Shown here one piece after another: positions 53,531 to 64,000 of a stretch of 64,000 nucleotides of DNA (positions are counted from its first letter, which is position 1; each line of letters opens with the position of its first letter). Source of the DNA: Octopus sinensis (lineage: Eukaryota); NCBI RefSeq assembly GCF_006345805.1, contig NC_042999.1, positions 145,638,001 through 145,702,000 of the forward strand, written 5' to 3'. The notes beneath the pieces are model-generated. The model saw nothing but the letters and a program-made list of their open reading frames with translations, was not told where the DNA came from and ran no database searches. The position numbers and the translations under genes are program-made.

Positions 53531-53590
<60 letters not shown>

Positions 53591-55186
53591 TTCTGTATTT
53601 GGTTTTCAAAATTCTTTATATGATTTCGTGTGCTGAAGAATATTTTATTGTCTAGGGAGGACCATTCTCTTTTAGTGCCTTAACACAACCACCGGTTCGA
53701 TTTCCACTCTCTTATTTCTTTTTTTCTAAAATTTTTATTGCATTTTGCAACTTCTTCAATAGTCGTCGACACGCATACATGCACACACAAGTACATACAT
53801 ACATACATACATACATGCATGCATTCATGCATACATACATGCATACATACATGCATACATACATTCATACATAAATACATACATAAATACATACATACAT
53901 ACATATATGTATACACATGCGCACTGATGCACACACATGCCAACAAACAAACAAACAAAAAGAACGCAGCTCTGATAACGGACAGAGTCAATGACTATTA
54001 AAGAGTTTGCAAGATACAACGAAAATTTTAGAAAAAATAAATAAGTATATGAGCGGAAATCGAACCGGTGAGTGTGTTAAGTAATAATGCACTAAAAGAA
54101 TATGACTCTCCCCAGACACAATAATATATATATATATGTATATGTATGTATATATGTATGTATATATATATGTATATATATTAATGAGTGTATATATATA
54201 TATATATATATATACTTGTAAGTCTCATCTATTCAGTATGGAAATAGAATATACAAAACATCAAATTATCGGTACACCTTAATTAAAAAGTTGCAAAAGA
54301 TATGTTACTTTACTATTACAACGTATATCACCCTACTGGTTTCTCTTCACCAAACTTGAAAGAATGAACAGTTATAATGAAACGTTAAAACGAAATGTGT
54401 TTTAAAGAAACTTTCTGATAGAAATAATATAAAAGCTCAGATATATAATAAATAGCAAATCATTTGGTTTAATGCTCTCCTTAGTCTCATTATCTAAATA
54501 CATATATTGCTAAGCACATCTTTAATTATCACAACTGACACTTTCCGAAGAATCATAAGTATTGAATTTTTAATAGAAATAATGCTAATTTAGTTTCAGC
54601 TCTTAATATAATTTTCTAAAAATCTAGGAAACCCTACGACTATCATTCATAAATATCTACATGCCAAATCTTATAAACAGGTTAACTAAGGTTAAGACAG
54701 CTTTCAGAGATTTATTGATTTATCGAGTATTCACCTTAAACACTTTTTATTTGAGTTGCCACCATTTTGTTTCTACAAATATATAAGCCTGTTGAAATAT
54801 TTTGAGTCATGTGAGAAGTGAATATTATGTATTACATGGATCAACGTTCTAAAAAGAATGTTCCATATATTTTGAAACGATTGTTTCTCCTCAGTGTGTT
54901 TATTCAACGGATTATTCCAGTGTATGAGTTGAAAATTATTGAAAACATTACTCTCATTGCTATAAAATTGGTAAATTATGAAACTAATAATCGCAGTTTA
55001 TTTCAGCTTAAAATATAATACGCATATAGGCACACACACGTATACACACAAATGCATATGTACCCTGAGCAAGCTAAAGCTTCGAAGTCACTGTCAACTT
55101 TCACACGTAATAGTTAATGTATTATTCAGTAGCTTTTCAGTAGTAGTTTCACGTTAAGTTGTTTTAATACACAGCTTAACCTAAAG

Positions 55187-55239
<53 letters not shown>

Positions 55240-55262
55240 TCACACACACATTTATCACTATA

Positions 55263-55666
55263 AGGAGTGGCTGTGTGGTAAGTAGCTTGTTTACCAACCA
55301 CATGGTTCCGGGTTCAGTCCCACTGCGTGGCACCTTGGGTAAGTGTCTTCTACTATAGCCTCGGGCCGACCAAAGCCTTGTGAGTGGATTTGGTAGACGG
55401 AAACTGAAAGAAGCCCGTCGTATATATGTAGATATGTGCGTGCGTGTGTGTGTTTTTGTCTGTCTGTGTTTGTCCCCCTAGTATTGCTTGACAACCGATG
55501 CTTGTGTGTTTATGTCCCTGTTACATAGCGGTTCGGCAAAAGCGACCGATAGAATAAGTATTGAGCTTACAAAAGAATAAGTCCCGGGGTCGAGTTGCTC
55601 GATTAAAGGCGGTAGTCCAGCATGGCCGCCGTCAAATGACTGAAACAAGTAAAAGAGTAAAGAGTA
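55263..55666 (+). mobile_element. SINE family B, near full length, ~260 bp upstream of the second ALK exon
   Basis: A box TGGCTGTGTGGT, B box GGTTCAGTCC and tail AAGTAAAAGAGTAAAGAG. Confidence 0.9.
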
Positions 55667-55731
55667 TATCTATTGCAATATATATATATTCACACACATA
55701 CACATGTATATATGTATATACATATGCGTAT

Positions 55732-55763
<32 letters not shown>

Positions 55764-55924
55764 GCACGCACACACATGCACTCACACATAAACATACACA
55801 CATGCATATATGAAGGAAGAAAGAGAGAGAGAGAGAGAGAGAGAAAAGAGAGAAAGAGAGAAAGAGAGAAAGAGAGAGATGACAAAGATATATGACTAAT
55901 ATTTTCCTATTCATATCATTTCAG

Positions 55925-56084
55925 TATTTTGGCTCTTGGTGCTGAAGGTGGCAGGGCAATAGCTCCACTACACCAGTCACGTGAAGCGAAGCAGTTAGCT
56001 CCATATGCGATGGCGTACTTTCATCTATCTGAAGGTACAAAACTCAATATCTTGATCGGTCAGAAAGGTCAAGACGCTTGTTCC
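55925..56084 (+). CDS. ALK: Next coding exon of the ALK/LTK-family gene (glycine-rich/TNF-like domain)
   Basis: Acceptor ttcctattcatatcatttcag|T and donor TGTTCC|gtaagt; 160 nt, phase 2 to phase 0. AG from the previous exon plus T gives Ser. Translates ILALGAEGGRAIAPLHQSREAKQLAPYAMAYFHLSEGTKLNILIGQKGQDACS, matching ALK I.G.GA.GG...F.L.....L.ILVGQ.G.DAC. Confidence 0.92.
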
Positions 56085-57416
56085 GTAAGTAATATTTATA
56101 TTGCATTTCTGCTTTGCTTTTAGTTTATGTCGATGTGAAATTCCAGAGTAACAAGTGATAACTTCAAGTAGGAAGGCAGTAACAAATTTATTTGCACATG
56201 TAAAAAATTCTTTCATGCAGAACATTACAATATCTGAAAGCGGGAATTTATTCTATAGACCAATTGATATGATACAAAGTATAATTATTATTGTTTATAT
56301 TCAATTTTTAAGGTCTATATCAAGCTGAATTTATCTAGTATCAATCTTCTATACATTGTCGGAAACGTTTCTCTGTATATTAGCGTTGAAGTATTAGTAC
56401 AACCATGGTCTTCTGGTGATTGATGAGCTAACTTTCTTTATGTTGTTTGATTGTAAAAGTACGATTGCTTTGTGCAATGCGCAGAACGCATAGTGGCGGA
56501 GACATGTAAAATAATTGGATCTTTTCTGCTTAGCTGCACCTGTGGAAATTTCAAACTTAGTGGAAATTTTAAAACTTGGTGTATTGATGTAATTTTCTAC
56601 GCTAAACCTCAGGGAGTATTTAACTTTTTCCTGAAAGGTTTTTTAAAAACGTTATAGGGTTTCAAGTTTCATGATTTTTACGCAGTCATAAAACAAAATT
56701 TGGAAGGTGTTATACTGTGTGTGACAGCATTCTGAAAATAACACGTGTTTTAATATGAAACTGCAAACAAATAAAATTCTGATTTATGTAACCCCTCATA
56801 AAGGCTATCCGAGCATGAATGCTTCAATAGGAAAGCAAACAACATTGTGCTGGCTTGGTAAGCGATGATGTCTATCTTTATCTATATATATATATTTTTC
56901 CCTGGCGAAGGAGGTATTATCTGGATGCACCCTAGTGCTTTAAACATAATACACCCCTGAAATGGCCATAGGGATAAGTAAATATGGTTCCCTTTTTAAC
57001 TATAAGGCTTCTTTTACTTGAATAATTATTTAATAAGATTTCTAAACGATGAACTTTTATTTTATTTACATGATATATATTATATATTTTTATATGCTCC
57101 TATATGTATATATATATATATTTTTATATATTTTTATATACCTATATATTTTTATATATTACTTTATATTATATTTTTACTTTCTAGGTGTTGTAATGTT
57201 TTTTTTTAAAAAAGGTATTTTTCTGAATCGCTAAAGTATTAACTCTAAACTGTGATGAAAAAATTTTTTCCTCGCACCTTATTATTATTATATGCTTGTA
57301 CAGATGAATTATGTTCCATCTTGCGGGATGTTTATATGTATATTCTATGATTAAATGTTCGAATTATGAAATGACAAGCGGATGACCTTGCATTTGTTTG
57401 TTCAATAACTTTAGTT

Positions 57417-57450
<34 letters not shown>

Positions 57451-58419
57451 GGAAGAATTCACAAAAATAAAAGAAAAGACGCAGACAGGTGTACTAGACA
57501 ACAAACAGATATATTTGTTTAACTCTCGGGAAATGAAAAGGTCTTTAACATTTTGAGCCTACGCTGTTCCCTTGTTAGTGTATCGATATTTTACTCTTCT
57601 TACAACATTAAGAGTTTTTAACTATTATTTGAAACAATATAGGTGCTTCTTCACCATCAATCACATTTAGCGACGATCAAATTTTTGATTTTGGTATTAT
57701 ATTGGGCCTAGCTGTTTAAACTAATATTCAGAGCAGATGAATTTATATGTGCGTGTATGTGTGTGTTCTATCTACATTGGTGTGTATGTATATATGTGCG
57801 TATGTATATATGCATATATATACCATAAACAAGTATAAAAATGGAAGAGAAAAACATGTTGAATCAAAATTAGATTTAATACAAATTTGGATTCAATACA
57901 TACGCACGTTTCAAAAGACAATACAAATATGTAAGAAAAAAAATTATAATCATAGTAATTATGATTAAATTTATGCATTGTCATTCTCATCTGTGTGAGG
58001 AATTTTTGGAAGGACACCAAAAAAGGTTTAATAAATTAAAATACAATATAGTATAATAAGGGAGAATACAGATGGAGTATTAGGGAAAAATCGGATATTT
58101 ACAAACAAGTTGTAAAAGGGAAAAAATAACAGTAATAATAATAGTGAGAGAGACGAAAGAGAAAAATGACAAACATATCAATGTGTATGCAAGTCTGTAT
58201 GTAAAAATAAAAATCTAACGGATATGTTTAAAGAAATAGTAACAGGTCGAGACGAAGTATAGTGTAAATGAGGCCTACCTTATTCAAAAACTAGCCCGGG
58301 GTAGGGAAGACAATCAGAAAAAATAAGAACATAAACGAATATATGAAGGAGACGATTATTATAAATTTACGAGTGATAGAAAGAGAGTATACACTTACCA
58401 TATAAGGATATACAATCAT

Positions 58420-59198
58420 ACATATATACATACACACATACACAACACACATACACACACATACACACAAACGTGCATAAACTCACACATACACATACAT
58501 GGGTGCAAGTGTAAGAGGGAAGAAACAAGTAAAATAAAGGAGTACGTATTCACATAAGACACACACACTCACACACACAAACACAAACACACACACACAC
58601 ACAAATATATATATACATAAAACATAATCATACACATACATGTACACGTACACACATATACATATATAAATCAATCAATCAATAAATAAATAAATATATA
58701 TATATCTACACACATATACAGACACTTATATGTACTTATATATAAATACATAGATAAAAAGACAGACACAGATTTATATACATACATACACACATGCAAA
58801 TACATGTATACACGTACACATATACATATGCATACACAGATACACACATTTATACACACGTTTATACACACATACATACAAAAGCACACATATATACACA
58901 TCCACACAAGCATAAAGAACACATGTACATGCAAATACACCAAACAAAAACTACAGAAATAAACACATATATGTGTGCGTGTTAATGCATCCATACAGAC
59001 AAAACAAGTATACATATACACATATATATACATGTGTATAGACATATAGACACAAACATAAAATACATTCATTCGCAAACATAAAAAACATACACATACA
59101 TACATACATACAATGTTTTCCGTTCGTTTCTGTAGTTAAGTGTATGTTCGTATGCTTATTTATTACACATGTTTTGAATCACACGCACATACACACAC

Positions 59199-59257
<59 letters not shown>

Positions 59258-59260
59258 GGC
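58420..59260. repeat. Extended CA/TA-rich low-complexity region
   Basis: Degenerate (CA)/(TACA) repeats; the source of the C/V/Y/M-rich ORFs at 58483-59355. Confidence 0.9.
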
Positions 59261-61139
59261 ATGTCATGTTTTCCGCTGTCTTTTTATTTAATCCTGAAAA
59301 TATCATTTTAATACATGTTAATTATTTTCACTGCATGTCTTACCACCTGAATTAAATACCATGGGGCTGCAATGTGCATGCGTTGATGGAAGATGAAGCA
59401 GAAAGTAATGAGATAAAATGCTGCAGGGGGCTGATGATAGCGTTTAATATCATAAATACTGTTCCGTGAAAGGACTGCTTGTGACAACAAAAGCCGAACA
59501 AGGACGATTAATTATCCTAAATGCATAATAACTGAAATAACAATGTAAAGATATCTAAGTATACATTGCGACAATCATGTAGAACAATAAGACATAATGG
59601 TATAATAAAAATAACACATTTGCCGTCGAAAAAATATTATGAAAGACTGAAGGAATTAATTGTATTTGTTATCATATTATTTCATAAGGCACATTACATG
59701 AGATGTTAAAATGAGACAATGCAAAGGAAACAAGCAATAGATAAAGGAAAATATTATGTATAAATGTCACAGTACTTCATGTTGAACTATCTGTACGCAA
59801 AATGCCATCAAGCATTGTGGAATCTGTCTTCACTAAAATAATCAAATGAGGAAAATGGAGGCCAGTAAGGAATTCTGCAGTTTATATACGTAAACTAATA
59901 TGAAGTGGAGCTAGTTTTGCCAATTCTTTCTTCTCATTTCCATTAACATTTTCATAATTAAAAAATTAATCGAGCACAAGAAGGATTTGAACTTGAAGAG
60001 TTTATGAATGAAACAATATGAAACCTGGCTTACAACATTTCACTTTCTACCTTTCCACTCTCATTCCGATAATGGTTTCATCTTTCGAGACACGGCCAGT
60101 AGATTTAGGAGGACGGGTTATTCGTATATATCAGCCTAGTACTTAGCCGGTACTTGTTTTTGTTGAACTTGAAAGAGGGAAGGCAAAGTCGACCTCTGCT
60201 GATTCTGAACTCAGATCCTCCCGCCCCAAAAGACTAAAGATTTTGTTCGACGCGCTCAGTTTTCCCAGACTTCTATTTATTCTCGTTAGAATAATGATAA
60301 ACGTTTCCTTTCACGTGGGGTAGTGAAGTCTAAATTTAATCGTATCTTGTGTATGACTAATAATTATCCATTGCCAGAGGAATGAAAGACAAACTCAACC
60401 ACTGTTGGGATTCGGAAGCGAAACTATGACACTTCATACTATAAAGCATTTATATAGCCATTAGCGAAGACAAATACTTACAAACATATAGATATATAGA
60501 TAGATTGATAGATAGATAGGAGGCGATTTTGTATGTTACGTTGCTAATTGAAGTTTCTTATTTATCATATTTCGTAGAGGAACAGGAAAATCTTCTGAGT
60601 TGTAACCCAAGAAGTGCCAACAGTGTAAGTTATTGTACTCTACACTGTATTGGGCATCTTTTCTTTCTTCTGCCCATTCATCCCTTTTCCTCCCTTTGTT
60701 CACATATTTCAGGATTCAATAAATTACTTTCTGAATCAGGTATCAGATTACAGATTAACACGTGACAAAACAATCCCATGTACATAGGAATACGTATACA
60801 TATGTACCTATAGACACATATACATACATATAGCCATATTTATACCTACATACAGATATGCATATGTAAACGCATATATTAATTATACAACAATATATAC
60901 ACATATATTTACATATATATGCATATATACATGTACGTATATACGCACGCACACACATATGTACACTCACTTAAATATGTATAGATTATACATATATATG
61001 GACATACAACATAAACACACAGTCCAATATAAATGCAAACACAACTGCCTATTCAATAAACAAATTTAAACATACATACATTATACATATATATATATGA
61101 TGATCTTCAAAGTCACTACTGCTGTCTACATAGAGGTGT

Positions 61140-61440
61140 TGGAGAAATTTGAGCTCATGAGTAGTCCGAATACCCAACGCCTTTCAACAACACCTACACC
61201 TTCCAAAAAGACTTTGTACCGTCTTATAGGACACGGACAACCCAATTTTAAGTGATCACTTTCTCCTAGATACATGCTCTTCTAGCTCACCAGTTCTCAG
61301 TTACGTGTGGACTATTACGTAAGGGAGTTAGCCGAGAGAGAGGTCAATCAACACACTCACGATAGCATATAATCTGATGAAGCAACCATTGATGTGAACG
61401 TATTCATCGAATAGGTCTGATAATAGGATCTTCAAAATTA
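61140..61440 (+). mobile_element. Possible Penelope-like terminal relic with a decayed hammerhead core
   Basis: CTGATGA-A-GCAAC-CATT-GATGT-GAAC-GTA at 61374-61402. The family assignment is by resemblance only. Confidence 0.35.
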
Positions 61441-62073
61441 TTTGTACCAATTTGTTTCCAAGTTCAGGTCATTTTGATGAGCTACGCGTCTTTTATTTTA
61501 AAATTCATTCCTATAAGTAACCTCGAAAACAGATGCATCCTGTATAAGAAACTGATAAAATCCAACCTTACACTTGATAGCCAAATGCTTGTTAGTATAT
61601 TATTATATTAATAATGTAAATATATTTAATGAAGTGTAGGAGAAATAATTTTAATTATCAATCAATTAAAATTATAGCCACCTCTGAGAAGAAAAGCCTT
61701 ATCATTAACGATCGAATATATAGTGTAACATCGAGAAACGAGAATGACATTGCCAACTGTATTTCAAGCCTTCATTACCATAAAATGAGTCAATATAATA
61801 TGTATAGTGCTGTACAAGACGCATTTAAATATTTCACTTGCAACATAGAAAGGGATTTACTCTTTTTTAAAGCGCTTTAAAGTTGATTCAAGGACATATT
61901 TCTGGGTTCAAATCAAAGCAATGTTAACTTAATGTTGCAGCAGCCAAGGACTTCGATCAGTGGAATCCATATAAAATAGCTGTTTCAAATACCCTACGTT
62001 ATTTCCCGTCCTTCAACTGTACTCGTAAGGTAGTTTCAGTTGAAATACAAACCCAGGTTATTATATCATTCTT

Positions 62074-62294
62074 TAGGGTGGCGAGCTGGCAGAATCGTTA
62101 GCACGCTGGAGCAAATGCTTAGCGGTATTTCGTTTGCCGCTACGTTCTGAGTTCAAATTCCGCCGAGGTCGACTTTGCCTTTCATCCTTTCGGGGTCAGT
62201 AAATTAAGTACTAGTGAAACACTGGAATCAATGTCATTGACTAGTCCCTTCCGCACCAAATTTCAGGCCTTGTGCCTTCACTAGAAAGGATTAT
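62074..62294 (+). mobile_element. SINE family A
   Basis: GGTGGCGAGCTGGCAGAATCGTTAGCACG...GAGTTCAAATTCCGCCGAGGTCGACTTTGCCTTTCATCCTTTCGGGGTC. Confidence 0.88.
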
Positions 62295-62854
62295 ATAATT
62301 TCATCTCACACCTCATTGTAACTCGTATTACTGTATATTCCGGTGGTTTTTCAGAGTCAAATACACGAACTACAGAAACACACGATTCCCCCCCCCCCCA
62401 CTTCTCTCTCACTCTCTCTTTAAAGTTGCTCTACATTTCGCTGTAACAGAGGAAGAAACATTTTATAAATTCTGTATCGATTGTTCCAACAATCCCGAAG
62501 TGAGACAACAGCTATGAAGCAGAAAAAGAGGGAAATAGTTTCCAATATATATGTATGAACATGCACACACAAACACACACACATGCATATATATATATGT
62601 TTTAAATGTCTTACTTTGAAAAATTGCATTCGGTGGGATTAGTAATATTTTTGGTAGAAATGACTGATTGTCCCTCCTAGCGTTTGGCATGTATATATAA
62701 TGCCTCCTGGCATGTATGTATAATTATGCCCTCTATATATAAATTAATATGTTCAATAAGAAATAATTATTTTCGAAATTTTTCTCTTATGAGGTTTTTA
62801 CGCTATCTACCTGACAATTTCTTGTTAAGTTTTCCTTATTAAGTAGTTGTCCTT

Positions 62855-62919
<65 letters not shown>

Positions 62920-63519
62920 TACACATAAACACACAGTTATATATATTAGATAAATGGCGTGTATATTATAATATATTCGCATTATAAATTTCATGTATAT
63001 AGATACATACAGGCGTGTGTATTTGTTTTTTTTTGTTTTGTGTGTGTGTGTGTGTGTGCAATTCATTCAGGCTAATACCTTTGATATATTTTTTCAATGA
63101 AAATTTGTGATGAAATTTTAGCTATTTATATTTGAAATACATTGACTGGTATTCTTGCTATTTTTAAAACGAAGTGTATTTTGAATATTTTAGAATTTGA
63201 CACAATACAACCCAATATAAATTGTATTGTATCATTCTTTCTAGATTTTCAGTGTGAAATGTTTAAACAGTCCTTTATTCAATGACTGTTGCAAAAGCGC
63301 TCAGTTCTGATAACATTAACTCCTTTGGGCGCCTCATATGTACTATATTTTCGTATGTAGGTACAAACTCAATAAACTTCTTTCCTACGCTTCCTGTTAT
63401 TTATTTCTTCTCTACCACCTATCTATCTTTATGTGTTTAATAATTTTTCGCCTATTTTTTTCATATATTTTCACTTATTTTTTTCCATTGATCTTCATTA
63501 TATATATTTCATTTTCTCT

Positions 63520-63557
<38 letters not shown>

Positions 63558-63580
63558 TATGTGTGTGTGCATGCGCGCAT

Positions 63581-63612
<32 letters not shown>

Positions 63613-64000
63613 TGTATGTATGGAGAGAAGTGTATTCCCACGGTGGAAAAATATAGGTGAATGTGTTTTGGGAGTTTGAAAATGCACTTGAATCTCAAAA
63701 CGTGCATTGGTGTTCAAATTTATAGATTTATTCAAATGCTATTTGAATAAATAAAGGATAAATAATAGATTTATTCAAATTCCAAGCAGGTGTCGATTTT
63801 GTTTTGCTTATCAGTCGTATACATATATAAATAAAGAGTTAAGAAGAGTTTAAATTTACAAGGTAAAATTTGGAAATCATGTTTAAAATATCCAATGTTC
63901 AAATGTTCAGAGAAACTTCAATGAGTTTCACAGGGAGACGCAGTAATATAAGTATATTTAATGAAGATCAGAATAAATATACATGACTAATGACTCATAT

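Noticed and set aside
56085-64000. Next ALK exon containing the poly-glycine GGGGG..AT motif
   Set aside because: No such coding sequence with splice sites was found; it presumably lies beyond the window.

Overview
AT-rich, microsatellite-dense animal genomic DNA. The SINE, LINE and simple-repeat content looks like an Octopus (coleoid cephalopod) genome; that assignment is my inference, not a database result. Almost all ORFs in the supplied track are artefacts of (CA)n, (TA)n, (TACA)n, (GA)n and trinucleotide repeats. The host gene is a plus-strand ALK/LTK-family receptor tyrosine kinase. Two coding exons (17175-17331 and 55925-56084) splice in frame across a 38,593-bp intron and encode part of the extracellular TNF-like/glycine-rich domain. 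The rest of the window is intronic. It holds two decayed mariner transposons in opposite orientation, three R4/Dong-type retrotransposon pieces (two sitting in (TAA)n tracts), an internally deleted Helitron, Penelope-like, RTE and CR1/L2-type fragments, many tRNA-derived SINEs, a ~740-bp foldback element and minimal hammerhead-ribozyme motifs. A ~1.25-kb decayed coding remnant split by a SINE with a 14-bp TSD could not be identified. There is no CRISPR array and no prokaryotic-type system. No wholly new system is demonstrated; the best leads are the unidentified coding remnant, the TAA-targeting retroelements, the hammerhead motif and the foldback element.
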